From the NCBI GenBank assembly GCA_028023455.1, contig JAQFVV010000009.1, positions 4,030,001 to 4,094,000 of the forward strand: a stretch of DNA of 64,000 bases. Direction: 5' to 3'. Source of the DNA: Epiperipatus broadwayi. Lineage: Eukaryota; Animalia; Onychophora. This document shows positions 28,121 to 42,428 of this stretch, piece by piece. A program made the position numbers and the translations under genes. Numbering within the stretch: position 1 is the first letter of the stretch; every line of letters starts with the position of its first letter. The notes beneath the pieces were generated by a model that saw only the letters and a list, made by a program, of their open reading frames with translations, did not search any database and was not told the DNA's origin.

Positions 28121-29685
28121 TCCATTAATACAGGGTTTTTCTAATTAAATATATACAAATTCTTAGTCCTAAAATAGCCATAAAAAAACTAAAAATATTC
28201 ATATAAATGACATTTATTATGCATTAAAATTTTAATATGTTAAACAGTCTTAATATGAGTTAATTTACATTATTTTACATATATGTTTAAATTAGATTAT
28301 ATATTTGTAAGCAATGGCAACTTATACAGTTTTAATACATTTCACTATATATTTTAATATTGCTTTGATTTAGTTTTTATATAAAAGTTTGAGAATAAAT
28401 ATTACTCAATTAGTTATGTCTGGCATTACAATTTTTATCTTTGAAATTCTCTTGATTTCTGTGTTACATGTTATATTAAAGAGTTTTATTGTTTTCATTA
28501 TATAATTTTTAGTGGCATAATTTTTTATATGTACACATAAAAAATATAACATTTTATATAATTATTACATTTATAATTCATATGTTATACTTTGAGTAAA
28601 ATTATCTGGAAATAACATTGATATTATGGCATTAAAATAATTAATTCTAAGTTCAATATTAATGTTTACTCATTTTTTGATTTTCTAACTTAAGATATTA
28701 GAATTTACAACTTTATTAAAGTCCATTTTTGATAATTGCTGCCTAAAAAAGAATCTGCAAATGTATTCTTAATGACCTGGTAAAGCAATTACACATGTCA
28801 ATTCAGAATACTATTTTCTTACAGTTCTAACAATTAATTATGTTATTTAAGTATATATATATATAAATTAGTTATAAAAGATTCTTAATAAAAATTATTT
28901 TATGTTTAAGATATTCATATATAAAAACAATATATTGCCTTTTGGAAGTATGAAAATTTCACCATTAAATTTAGAAGGTATATTTTTTGGAGATCATTTC
29001 TAAAATTAATACTAGTATTACAATTTTCACACAAATTTAAAAAAAATATTTTCAAAATTCAGAATATTTACTAATGCAAGACAGAACATTAAACAGTTGT
29101 CATTAGTCTTTTTTTTATTACTATTAATCATTCAAGTATTTTGCAACTTGTTTGCATGTCAAATGAATAAATCAATAATATAAAGTGATGATTACCAACA
29201 AAATTTATACATAACAAAAACTGATAATAAAAATATATTAAAGTGTATATAAAAATAAAAAAGTATATTATTATTCTTATAACATAAACTTAATCTCAAA
29301 ATAATAATAATAATAATTAGAATGCTTTGTAGAAAAACTTTATATATATATATATCAAATTATTACAAATAGTAAAAGTGTAAAAATGTTATAGCTAAAT
29401 ACAAAAAAATTTAACTACAAACTATAATAACAAATAAACTTATAACTTCTTTAATGCTATTTTTGTCAGCTAAAAGTCTCTAAATCTAATTTGTAATTTA
29501 GCATTTTTATGCAAACACAAGATTCCAAATTATCATGTATCAATTGATTTCTTAATGGATTTAAATTATAATTCATTTGAGAAAAGATTTGCTTTCAGAT
29601 ATAATCAAATGTAGTTAAAATAAAAACTGCTATTTTTTTCAGTGTTAAAAACTATTCAAAAGAGAAGGCCAATATTCGAATATAA

Positions 29686-29778
29686 TTTTTTTTTTCATAT
29701 GTCAAAGGTGCTAACCAGGAAGCGAACCTGGGCAAGCTGCTTAGAAGGCAGCTATGCTAACTACTAGGCCACCAATGC
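29686..29778 (-). mobile_element. tRNA-Gly(TCC)-derived short SINE or tRNA pseudogene with A-tail
   Basis: Minus strand gcattggtggcctagtagttagcatagctgccttctaagcagcttgcccaggttcgcttcctgg closely follows eukaryotic tRNA-Gly(TCC). It is followed by gacatatga and poly(A). Confidence 0.65.
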
Positions 29779-32554
29779 ATTGTATTTGCAACTTTTTCCA
29801 ATTTCCTTCACCAAACTTTTAAAACCAATTAATTATATTTCAAAATTATCAATTACCATCAAAATTATCCAGATCAATGACAAAACATTAAAACAATATA
29901 ATATAAATCCACCGAAATATCAGTTAGTTTTAATTTTATAAAGTTACCAATTTGATGTAAAACAATAGTTTTCTACAAAGCAATTAGTAGTTCATCACAA
30001 GTGCTTTTGGTGGACACTTAACATAAGTTGCCAACATTGTACAAGAATATGGACCTAACAGAAAAAATTTGAGATGAATTAATTACTGCATACATATTTC
30101 TTTTCTCTGCAATTTAACATTCTCAATAGTTTATATTTTAGTGGTCTATTAATTAATCATACTTTTTTTTTTTTTGGTATTTCTTTCCCATTTTCTCATA
30201 AAAAGTTAGTTTTATTTACATAATTTAATATAATTATTTTAATGCAATATTTCAAATTCTATCTACTGGATTTATCTGTAGATATCTAAATGATATATAT
30301 ATTGAAATAGTGTGTGTGCATTGTGAAATTCTTTTTTCCAATATTTTTTTTTTGTTTATTAAAGTTACTTTATTTATTTATTTAAAAAAATGACAATAAT
30401 AATAATGAAACATCTAATTAAAAAAAGTTTATTCAATAGCTTTAGAAAGAGCTTTAATGAAGGGGGGGGGGGATATTACAAAGAAATTTATGTTAATACA
30501 TAAACCATCTATCTTTACTAAAAAAAAAAAAGAATTATTATTTTTAAACAAAAATTAAGATATGCTAAAATATTTATTTAAAAATAGTCTATCTACAATA
30601 ATAAAAGAGAGACAAAAAACTTGGCTAAATCATTGCTATATATGCATATTCTCAACTTAAATAAATTATCCATGAAAAAATATGATTTTCTGTATTGTTT
30701 ATTATGCTAAAGTATTAGTATTAATACTAAATACATTTTCAAGCAACAGGATGAAACTATGATATTGTGAAAAAAGAAAAAAGAATTTGAAAAAAGTAGA
30801 ATGCATAAAAATAAAAGTTTTATGTAAATACATTATAATCTTTAAATTATTATTATTATTTTTGGTAGATCAAACATTTAGAAATACTCAGTAAAAAATC
30901 TTTCAATCTGGTTTAGCCTGTTCATCACAAGTCCTTGTAGAATTGATGTTTTATATTCTTTTCTGACTTTTATTTATTTATTTTTAATTACTGCATTATA
31001 ATATAAATGTTACTATGAAATTTGAAACTAATAAACAACTGCCTTTTTATTTTTATAAATATTTTAATAATTAGAAAATCTAATAAAATATTATCACACT
31101 TTAATTTTACAAAGATTTTACACAAAGATATCTCAACTTTGATTAATCACCACAATCCTATCTTGCTCATTTATTTTCTATAGCAAAAAAAAAAAAAACC
31201 TTTAACAAAAGTTGAAAACCTATCTGACAATAATCATCTTAAAAACTAAACAATACTTAAAATATTTTGTTTGCAAATAATTATGGGATATACATTATTA
31301 ATAGTTTTATAAAATATTGAAAACCTTATATATATAAAAGATGAAAACAAACAAAAAATGAAAATTATTTCAGAAACCTTAAACAGTTTTTCCATTTAGC
31401 AACCGAATCACTGCCAAGATTACATCAGAAATCTTTTAAATTTTAGTCAATTAAAATATCATTTTCATAAGGAAAAAAAAATGGTTTCTTCCTAGAGTCT
31501 AAAATAACAAGCACTTTGAACATCAACAGATTTATGAAACTCCTTGCCATAGGAGCCATGCAGGCTAATCAAATAGATATGACAATATAAGAATTATATA
31601 TATGTAAATACATTCACTCAAAGGTCAACTACATCTGCTTTATTTCAAATTTTTAAATATAGGCCACACTCCTAATTTTCCCATTACTAAAATATTAAAA
31701 AATTAGAAATGTATAATTTAAATACTAAGAGAGAGGATGAAACTTTTTTAAAAAAAAGATCAGGTTTAATTAAAAATGAAGAAATATGATACATTCCTAT
31801 ATTATGAAAAATTCTTATTTATTCTCTTTGCTATGTTAGTTGGCTAAAAAAAAAAAAAAAAAACAATTGGGCTCAATTTAAAAGTGTTATCAACTTTCAG
31901 TGTCTACAACTCAGACATACTTGCTATTATTTTAAAAACTGTTGTATCTCTCAAAAATATATTAGCTTTGATGAAGATGAATATAATAAGTTCAATGAAG
32001 TGTCAACTGATGATTTCTGTAAAACTTGATGTTGACAATCCTTGATCTATTTTGTTTTGATAGTGAGACCCTTCAGTGGGATTTCTTTACAATGTTCTAC
32101 ACACATACATATATAGTGAAAATCCATGATAAGAGAATGTATGGGTATAGTTTAAAAAAATTAGAATTCTGTAGGACAAAATTAAAAAATCATGAAGTAA
32201 AATTATAGATTTTATATTCCTTTAAATAATATACATTATCAATTTTAACTTGAAAGAAAAGGAAAACAACTAAAGTATTTTAAAATGTATTTTTTGGTAA
32301 ACTTTAGTTTAATTAATTAAAAAGGGGAGAATAAATAAACAGCTTTGTATAAAGATTAGGCCGATTACAGATAAACAAATTAATTAAGATTAGTTTGAAT
32401 AACATAAAAATAACTAGAGAAAAATATTTATAACCCCCTCCCCTGCCAAATAAAAAATTAATTCAGTTATAGAGTGACATTTAACCTTTCACAAAGTGAG
32501 TTACAAGTTCCAGAGTTAAGCCTAAAAGGTTAATAATATATCATCCACCACTAG

Positions 32555-32820
32555 AATATTACTATACCAAAACTATATTTGACTAAAGAATCAGAAAAGA
32601 TTTTGAACCAGTTGCTTATGCATTCATGGAAGAATAACTATCCCTTACCCCATCATGCTTCTGCCAAGGACTAAAAGACATATACTGAAAATGAAATTTT
32701 AAAGCCACTGTTTATGCTGGAAATTTTTCAATGTCATGCTGGCACTCATTTAGAAAAATAGAATTTGATAATAGAATATGTGAATATAGGCAGATAAATT
32801 CACCTCAATAAAATTTATAA
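32555..32820. repeat. Dispersed repeat, copy 1 (copy 2 at about 36375-36635)
   Basis: Shared blocks such as aatcagaaaagattttRaacca, aaagccactRtttatgMtggaaa and aataaaattta. Confidence 0.65.
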
Positions 32821-32829
32821 TAATCATCA

Positions 32830-33265
32830 TCAACCATTATTAACCCACTACAGGATGAAGGTCTCTCCAAGTTCAATCCGTCTTCTCCAATCTTTAGCTT
32901 CTCTTCTCCACATCACCCCTGCACACTTTCTTATTTCATCCATCCATTTCACTTGTGGTCTCTCGATGGATCCTTTACAATCTCTTGGAATCCAGTTTAA
33001 GATTTCAATTGTCAGTCTATTATCATCTCTTCTAGCAATATGTCCAGCCCAACTCCACTTCAGTCTTTCATTTCTTTCAATGTCAGTAACACCTGTTTGT
33101 TCTCTCACCCATATATTGCATTTTCGATTTCTTATTGTTACTCCCAACATAAACCTCTCCATACTTCTTTAAGTGGTCTGAAGTCTCTGTATTGCTCTTC
33201 TATTAAGTATCCAAGTCTCAGAACCATAAGTAAGAACTGGTAAAACACATTTATTAAAAACTTTC
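32830..33265 (-). mobile_element. RTE-clade LINE 3' end fragment
   Basis: MERFMLGVTIRNRKCNIWVREQTGVTDI...LKWSWAGHIARRDDNR...RPQVKWMDEI is a typical RTE C-terminus. Confidence 0.87.
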
Positions 33266-33329
33266 TTAAAAATAGCATATATACCATGGAGACCAAATTA
33301 ATAATTCATTTTAAAAGAAAATTACTTTA

Positions 33330-33960
33330 TTAGTGATTATTTTAAAAACTTTCCCTTAACTTTCAGTCTGTACATTCACAAATTTAATTTTCAAAAGAAA
33401 TTTTATAACAATTTGATTTTTTAGAACAAAAGAAAAGTTTTTTAAAAGAAAAGTAAAAAAAGAGAGCATTTAAAACCCTGTAACACTACTTGATCTTATC
33501 TTATAAATTTCAATCTGAAAGATAAATGCTAGCATTGTTATTTAAATATAGCAATCAAATTTTTGTGAACTATTAAATATATCTCTAGTAATCAAATGCA
33601 TATTTGTTAATTAATTAAATTTGAACATTTTTGTTTTATTACTTTATTAAATTGTATAATCTATCTTAGTGTCTGAATCTTCAGATTAAGCCAGTCAAAC
33701 ATATGCATATGAAAGGAAATAAAATTATTTTAAAAGGGTCTGATAGATGGGTGTCTTCTCTAGCTTCATCAAGAAGCAAAGAATATTATTTTTATACTTA
33801 TAATAGATGGGTGTCTTCTTTAGTTTCATCAAAAAGCAAAAAAATATTATTTTTATACCTTTGATAGATGCCATGGTACCCTAATAATATTGGATGACTA
33901 AAAATACTACATGTAGATAGTGCAAAGCAAACACACTACAGAAATTAATCATTTAATCAT
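33330..33960. repeat. Dispersed repeat, copy 1 (copy 2 at about 40860-41420), with an internal tandem duplication of about 62 bp
   Basis: Shared blocks agcaatcaaattttt..gaactatta, tgtataatctat.ttagtgtc and atattatttttata. gatagatgggtgtcttct occurs twice at about 33742-33870. Confidence 0.65.
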
Positions 33961-36900
33961 GGATTTTATTTAATTATTAAAATCAATAATATTTATTGGC
34001 ATTTTAAAATAATTACTTCTAATTAAATATATTTAGATACCTATAGCTGAATCTACTGATGCATTTAATTAATGTGTAATCATTCCAGTAAATGACCTAC
34101 ATGTTTTGATCTTGGCTCTCAATATACTTGATCAGTTGGGCGATTATACTGAAGCAGTAACTCATAGCCACTTATCCAATATATTTGATAATCCAAATGT
34201 GGGACTGAATACAACTGCATGCCTTGAAAACAAGATAAACTATGATATTTTTTCTACGATCAAAAATTATATAACTTTATATACAACTATAACCTATTAT
34301 ACACTTGGTTAAGCAAAAATTAAAAAATAAGAAAAAAATTTCAAGAAAGTAATTAAATTTATATGATAGAAAATAAGGATACTCATAAGCAAAAAAGTTA
34401 TTTGTAAAAAAGAAAGCAAGTATAATTTAATACTTAGATAGGATTCATAAGAATTGCTTTTCAAAATCTATACATCATATTGAAAAGTAATAAGTTAAAA
34501 TTTTGAAGAACTAGAATATTATAGTTATTATAAAAAGACATCAAAACCACAAGGCTCATTGAAAAAAAAAATCATTTAAAAAAATCTCTAAATAAAAATA
34601 TGATTCAAATAGTGCAGTTTTTGCTTCATGATAGAAGTAAAGAATGGAAGAATAAAATATGAAGACTAGAGTAAATTCTGGGATAAAAAATTTCAAAAAT
34701 AAGTGAAACAAAAAACTATGAAGCTTGTGAAATATCAAGGAAAAATCAAAAAATGATAAAGATGTTGTTAAAGATTTCATAGATAAAACCTAGAAAGAGT
34801 AAAAAAAAAAACAAAAAAAAAAACATCAATAGATAACAAAATGCAAAAAATACAATTGCTCTTGGGGATTTAAATTTAGTTCAAAAGCTTAAAGTAAATG
34901 CATTAGGAGAGACAAAAATAATAATATTACAGTGGAAAACAGCCAAATTCATCTTTTCTTGAAAACACAAACACTTGTGAAGAAATCTTTTTGTAAATAA
35001 AATGATAGATAAAGTTAAAACTGAGATGATATTAAATTATTCATGACTAAAGCAAGACTTCATAAGCTGAAACAAAATTTTGCAGATAATTGCCAAAATA
35101 CATATTACCACATATTAGTGATGTGTAACAAAAAAATATTCATGTTGAGTGTAATGATGAAAATAAAATAAATAGAGATAATGCAAATAAGGCAAATATT
35201 GATGTTACAAATCAGTTTAATATGAATGTAATGGCAAAAGATAATACAGATAAAGAAGTTATAGATGAAGAGAAAGATAACACAGGAATTGGAGCTTTTA
35301 ATTTGACAAAAATGGATAAGAACACCCAATAAGATATTCAAATTAATTCAGTAATAGTTGAAGGTCTTACATTAGTATCAAAGATTGAAGAAACTGCTAA
35401 AACAAATTAAGAAACCAGGAAAACATCCAAAATTAATTCAATAATAGTGAATGATTGTGAAGTGGATGAAATAGCAAGAAAAAATAAGTTAAAATTAGAT
35501 ACAAGTGCTTCCGAAGATTTGAATAGAAATGTACACATAAAAAATCTTAAAAGGAGTTCTATAATACCTACAATATTTGTGACTTCATTATGCAGGAGAT
35601 AGATTCTTGATATTCCAAAGATCCGTACATGCCACAGAATGAATATAAATGCTGCTGTGTAATGAAAGAATATTTGTTCACAAGTAAAACGAATATCTCA
35701 GATATATGGAGATTCATATAATGTTCTCAGCAATTATTATAAAATTCAACGCAAAAAATATTATCAAGGCATATATAATACACCAAATATATATAGTCAA
35801 AGATAAAAATAGAATTTGTTTTTTGATTGAGAAAGATGGAAAGTCTGATAATTCATCATGTACATGTATGCATATATATATATATATTTTCAAATTTTAA
35901 AAAATAGTTATCAGTATTCTGTAAAATAAAAATTAAAAGGTTATGAAATAGTTATAGATTTTGTATTCCTTTAAAGACTATATATAAATAATTTTAACCT
36001 GAAAGGAAAAAAACAAATTGTTGTTTAACTATTTTTAAAATGCATTTTTAATGAACTTTATTAATTTAAATAATTAAAATAGGAAGAACATGAAAACAGC
36101 TTCATATGAAAATATAGCAGGTTGTAAATAAATTAACCAATTAAGGAGTTGAGTTTCAATAATATAAAAACAAATAAACAAAAAACAATGTAAAAATATA
36201 TAAATGGCAGAAAAGAAAAAATAATTCAGTACAAAGTGACTGCCAAAAATTCAGCACATTATCCATTAATATCAGAGTTGCTTTTAGAGGACAATTAATC
36301 ATTCTATATAAATATCACTAAATTCACTGCTTCCTTTATTTTGCTATATCTTATAAGAATGCAATACTTAGAATGAACCACTATACTAAAGCCATAGCTC
36401 AACTAAAAAATCAGAAAAAGATTTTAAACCATTCATGCATTCCTGTAAAGATAACTATCTTCCAATATCATATATCTGCCAAGAATTAACCAGCCTATAT
36501 TGAAATTAAGATCTTGAAGAGCTTTATTAAAGCCACTATTTATGATGGAAAAATATTAATGATGCACCGGCACATTCCTAATTAAGAGGTTATTTGAATT
36601 TAGGCAAATAAATTTGTTTTAATAAAATTTAACTTTATCTAAATTCACTAAATTAGATCTTTAGATAAATTGCATTTAACTTCCCATAATTATTACATTC
36701 CAATGTTTTTCATATTACAGATTTATATGCCATATATGGTTTATATAATTAACTAGATATGCGGAGTAAATCAGTAAATCATTTTTTTAAAAAAAAAGCT
36801 TTATTATTTAAATTATTTTAAACATTAAAACCATCAAAACATCATATAATCACCATTTCATATGCTTACACATGCTGTTAATAAGAGTAATGTGATGTGA

Positions 36901-36967
36901 TGTACTGCAGTTTCTCCTTAAACGGAGTCAAGAATCTCTCAACAATTATGCCTAGAGAAACCTGTTA

Positions 36968-38007
36968 GCCACTTTATTTTCCATTCCCCAGTCTGTTTTC
37001 CCATATTCTGCTCCATCCCATATCCACAAAATAATCTTTGTCAACTCTATGGCATACAGTAGTGCCACCAAGTGCAAGTCTTTATAATCAATGGATGCAG
37101 AAACGTTTGTGCATAAAATCTCTATCTAGTGCTTACTCAGCCACTTTATTTTCCATTCACCAGTCTGTTTCCCCATATTCTGCTCCATCCCATATCCACA
37201 AAATAATCTTTGTCAACTCTATGGCATACAGTAGTGCCACCAAGTGCAAGCCTTTATAATCAATGGATGCAGAAGTGTTTGTGCATAAAATCTCTATCTA
37301 GTGCTTACTCATCCAACATCTCCAGACTAATTTCTAGTTTGCGGCTTTCATTAACGAGGAGCCTGAATAGACCTTAGGATCTAATGCAATTCTCCAGCAG
37401 CCACCAATTATCTATTTGGTTAACTATAAAGCAGGAGTCCAAGATGAAAACACCATAATGTTTCCAACCCAAGTTCATTCGTTTATATAGTCATATATAT
37501 GTGAACTCATTTCAGCAACCATAGATTTTGGTATCTTTGGTTTTTCAAAATATCACAGGCACCATTATCCTATGAGCAGAATAGGTATTAAACCATCAAT
37601 TATCCCTAGACTAGTTTTTAATTTATGACACTGCTGCACCTTGACCTCAGAATCTAATGCAACCCTCCAGCAGCTATCTTTTACCTATTTCGTTAACTAT
37701 AAAGCTAAGAGCCCAAGATGAAAACACCATAATGTTTCCAACCCAAGCCCATTCGTTTATATAGTCATATAGATCTGAACTCATTTCAGCAACCATACAT
37801 TTTGGTGTCTTTGGTTTTTCAAAAACCACAGTCACCATTATCCTATGAGCAGAATAGATATAAAACCTTCAACTATCCCCAAACTAGTTTCCAACTTATG
37901 ACTTTCATCAGTGAGGAGCCTTGGATTTGAAAGCATTGCTTCACCTTGACCTTAGAAGCTAAAGCAATCCTCCAGCAGCTACCTTTTACCTATTTGGTTA
38001 ACTATAA
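36968..38007 (-). mobile_element. Hammerhead repeat family A, short-unit (about 280 bp) tandem array, plus a 172-bp tandem duplication
   Basis: Homologous to 49069-50287. Three hammerhead remnants (about 37320-37360, 37600-37630, 37876-37917). 36968-37139 is duplicated at 37140-37310. Confidence 0.8.
37876..37917 (-). ncRNA. Minimal type I hammerhead motif (family A), degenerate
   Basis: UCCUCA-CUGAUGA-A-AGU CAUAA GUU-G-GAAAC UA GUU/UGGGGA. Weak helix II. Confidence 0.6.
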
Positions 38008-40454
38008 TGAAACAGTAAGATTTGAATCAAATCTTAGTTTCACCTTAGTTCTATCAATTCGTCACCTCTCACCCATTAGTACCATTTTATCTAAGTTCAA
38101 ACCTCGGATATTAGACTGTGTGCGGGTATTATTATAAAACAGATATACGCACACACTCGGGTATAAGAGATAAGTTTTAAAGTTATATCACGTTATTGAT
38201 AAATTAATACATGCCAATAATATAAAATATGTTTTACAGTTAAGATTTATTTTAACTTAATATCCAAAAGTTATTGAAATTTAAAGCATTATCGATATAA
38301 ATAGAAATCCCCTTGGGTCTTCTGTTAAAATTACAAGTTATAGTGGGAGGGGGGAAAGAGATAGAACTGAAAAATATTCCTGAAACTCGTCATTAAGTAA
38401 AAGCATTTTAAATAGGTCAAATGTAAACAAAAGAAAAAAAGTAAAATAAAAAGTGATCGGAGTGAAATCGCGATTTCACCTGTGCTCCTAATCTATCAAA
38501 TCAAGATAGAAAAAAATGTGGCCAGATTGAAGTTGTGATCTCAACATGTGCCACTATTGCATGTTTTATCTGAGGAAATAATCATAGCGCCGACCTGAGA
38601 GACCTGTTGGTTTTACGACGCCCTGTACAATAGATCCAAAAGATAAGAAAGAAAGTAATAAAGGCTAAAGTTTCGTATCACAAGATAGATAATTCAAAGA
38701 AAAAAAAGTGTTTATTTTGTATAATGTGACAATGTGTGAGGAGTAGAGGCCAGCGCTATAATCCTCCGACCTATGGCTATGGAAATGCTAAACTTCCCAT
38801 TCGATCTAAGTGAAACAAATCAAAGCCGGACTGCTACCTATGGATTCATAATGTGAATGCTTATTGGAATAGAACTGATGCTATTAATGAATGAACCCTA
38901 GATTCTACAAACAGTTTGCACACTTCAGATAATCTAAGGTAAACGATAACCAAGATTAAAGACTTTCTTTAGAACTCTTAGTTTAAATTTCCATTATATT
39001 ATTTTTTTTTTTGTAAATTTGAAATCTTACCCTCATCTCGTAAATGAAATTCTGTTTAACGTATTATGCAAATCTAATTAAGCCTATCCTTGTCTTATCT
39101 ATTTACTTGGGTATCTATTTATTTACTATTTTGTTTTGTGTTATATTTTAGGCCTACATGATTTCCGAGCTGATATTATATCATAAAAAAACTCGTTAAT
39201 AATCGCTGCTCATTGGCACGCATTTCTATTTTGAAACCTTCTTTTATAAACAGTCAGCTCAGGAATTATAAATTGATTATGTTATATTTTATTATAAATG
39301 ATATTGAGCAAGATTTTATAAATTTTAGTACAGCATGCAGGCCATCTTGGCTAGCATCCCATGTTGTGTTGAGTTTTATATTGGATTGTAGTATAATAAT
39401 CTAATTAATCCATAATATCATTACATTTTGGGTAAATCTTAATTTAGTTAAGCGGTGTGGGGGATTGGTGGAAGTGGATGCTATATTTATAAAGCATAAT
39501 AATGATTAATGATTTACTTTGACTTGTGAGATATGCTAGAGCATATAGATGCTAATTATTTAAGCCATGGAAATGAGTAGATGGATCATTCTTATGAATG
39601 AGCTTACAGATAATAGGACATAAATAAATGATCCCGTGAAAGCTGATCTTGTCACGCGGTCGTGAATGGACAGGCAAAGACCTCACACCGATACCGCTCA
39701 TGTGACTACTCTAAAGGGTTTTGGCCCGACGTTCGGCCGCCCTCCCATACTTTCGCAAAAGTGAAGCCCATTCTTCCTAAATATACAGCACCATTTGCAC
39801 CTATCACAGATCATTATATTTGTAGCCATAGATATCTATGCTAAAGTCATTTCCACTCCTTGCACATTAAAGGCTTTATTGATGAACCCAATTTAATAAA
39901 TACTTTTCTCAATATATATATGCGATTATCTCTGGGTTGGCTAATACATGCATGTTTTGATCTTGTCTTATAATCTCGCACAAATTCCATATTTAGCTGT
40001 GAGGTATGGGATGTCATCATATACTGAAACCTGAGTAATGTATAAAATTAAAATGTAGGCTAAAATAAAGGCTATATAGAGTTGTATTTTATTCTTGTAA
40101 GTTAGATGATGAATATTATTAAATATTGTTTGATTTCTATATATGTCTGCTTGTCTATTATTCCTAACATTATGACTCAAGGTATCTCATCGCGATCATG
40201 ATAAGGCATCAAACTACCGTAACCTGTAGTGTTAATGTAATTCATTAGGACCTCTTGTATCTACCTGACCAGTGGGCCTAGAAAGATGTTTTCTATTGTT
40301 GTGTCAGGCCCGTTGTCCTGTAGTTGTTCATTGTGAAATCAGCTGCCTAGGTTCGAATACGGTATCACAGGCCCTGAACCCACCTGCTGTGCTGCTCATC
40401 GAATCTGGTGGAGGAATTCTGTAATAACAAGGCATACGAGTTCTGACCGTTACA
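38008..40454. mobile_element. 2447-bp TG...CA insertion with 4-bp TSD, probable solo LTR
   Basis: Termini tgaaacag / ccgttaca (tgtaacgg on the minus strand). TSD ataa at 38004-38007 and 40455-40458. Removing it restores the family A sequence actataaagct. CpG-rich, no TE ORF seen. Confidence 0.7.
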
Positions 40455-40840
40455 ATAAAGCTAGGAACTCAAGATAAAAACATTGTAATATTTCCAACCC
40501 AAGCTCATTCGCTTATATGGTTAAATAAATCTTATGGTTTTTCAAAAACCGCAGTCATCATTATCCTATGGTCTGGATACGTATAAAACCATCAAAACAT
40601 CACCTGATCACTATTTCATATGATTACACATGCTGGAAGGTTACATTAGATTCTAAGATCTAGGCGCAGTGCTCTCAAATCCAAGGCTTCTCAGTGATGA
40701 CAGCCACAAGCTAGAAACTAGTCTTGGGATGTTGGACGAATAGGCACTAGATAGGGATTTTAGGCCCAAACCTTCCTGTATCCATTGATTACAAAGGCTT
40801 GCAATTATTGGCAATACTGTATGGAGAGTTTGATACTCTT
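40455..40840. mobile_element. Family A continuation (minus sense to about 40625) followed by an inverted plus-sense arm
   Basis: 40455-40625 continues the unit split at 38007. 40630-40840 is the reverse orientation and contains a hammerhead remnant. Confidence 0.75.
40688..40729 (+). ncRNA. Hammerhead motif (family A) with a C3-to-G core mutation
   Basis: UUCUCA-GUGAUGA-C-AGC CACAA GCU-A-GAAAC UA GUC/UUGGGA. Confidence 0.55.
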
Positions 40841-42183
40841 ATATTTTAAACATTCATACATTTATAGTTGAAAATATTTCACAAATATAATTTTCAAAGA
40901 ATGGCTTAAAAAAAAAAAAAAAAAACAATTCTAGAACAATTTGGTTTCTCACATTTAAACAAAAAAAAAGAATTTTAAATACAGTAACAATTACTTGATC
41001 TTATATTAAATATTCAGAATTATTTAGTTAATCTGATGCATAATGATTACTAATAGTATTGTTTAACTCCAGCAATCAAATTTTAATGAACTATTAAGTA
41101 TACCTCAAATAAATTACGTTTATGTTGTTTAATTAATTAATGTGAAGAAATTTCATTTTATTGTTATTTTAGTAAATGTATAATCTATTTTAGTGTCAAA
41201 GTATAGTTTATTCAAATGAGTTTGGTCATATGTATGCAAATGGAAGGGAATAAATTGTTAAAAGGTTTTGATAAGTTAGCATCTTTTATTTGAGAGGCAG
41301 ATATTATTTTTATATCTCTTGACTGATGGCACTGTACCCTTATAATATTTTTTGACTAAAAATGTCATAGGTTTATAGTGTAAAGGAAACACATATTATA
41401 GAAATATAAATGTTTGCCATTTAATTGTATTAATTTAGCTAGACAGCAAATGCATTCTCTTTGAATTTATGTATAATACCAAAATCAATATTCTTGTTAA
41501 ACTACATCAACAAATACATTCAGGTACACCCAGCTGTGGTTATTGACATATATACTCATCATCCCATTATAATCAGTAGATGACCAATACGCTTTAAACT
41601 CAATTCCAAATACTTTTTCACAGATTGATCATCAGTGGATGACACTTTTGTTTCAATTCAATCCATTATAATAAAAAGAGTACAAAATAAAATATATATA
41701 TATAAAAACCTAATTTCAATAAATATTTAACATATACAGTACACAAAAATAAAAACTTAATTATGTAAATAGAATAAGATAAAAAAAAAAACAATAAAAG
41801 TAATGTAAAAAAATAAAAAATATTCATTTTACTTATTTCTAGCTTTCACAATCAGTTTCAACACAATTTATATATAAATAAAATTACTTTACACACTCAA
41901 TTTATTTTTCTTTTCAAACAAAGAAATTGAAAAAAAAAACTTAGTAAAAATTCAAAACTGCACTTGAAAGTTTTCATTCCCTTTTCTTTCTATTAGATTA
42001 CATATTCCTAATAATCTTACTCTATTGTAGGTATGCTAAATCTTCTGCCTGAAGACAGGTTGACATTAAAGGGTAATAGTGTATTACATTGATATTAAAT
42101 GTTAAAATTATTTAGTTTTTTTTTATAGAAATAAAACAACTATTTCTAAAGAAAAAATAAAGGAATAAACAATGAATACTTAC

Positions 42184-42332
42184 AGAGTCAGCACGGCAAA
42201 CTGTGTTAGCTATATGACGACAAAGTATTTTTAAAAAATCTAATTTTGTGAAATCCAATATGCGAAACGTATATAAACGTTCCTTTAATTCACTGTTAGA
42301 ACGACAAATCAATGCAAAAACACTTTTGCAAT
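42184..42332 (-). CDS. ECT2: ECT2/pebble exon, end of PH domain (149 bp)
   Basis: (D)CKSVFALICRSNSELKERLYTFRILDFTKLDFLKILCRHIANTVCRADS, compared with human WLKMLCRHVANTICKADA. Acceptor tttag, donor gtaagt. Splices in frame to 18274. Confidence 0.93.
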
Positions 42333-42428
42333 CTAAAAAAACAAAACAAAAAAAAAAAAAGTCAAATCTCTAAAAAATTTTCAAATCAAAATTACAAAAC
42401 AAAAATTATAATGATAGTATATACTAGC

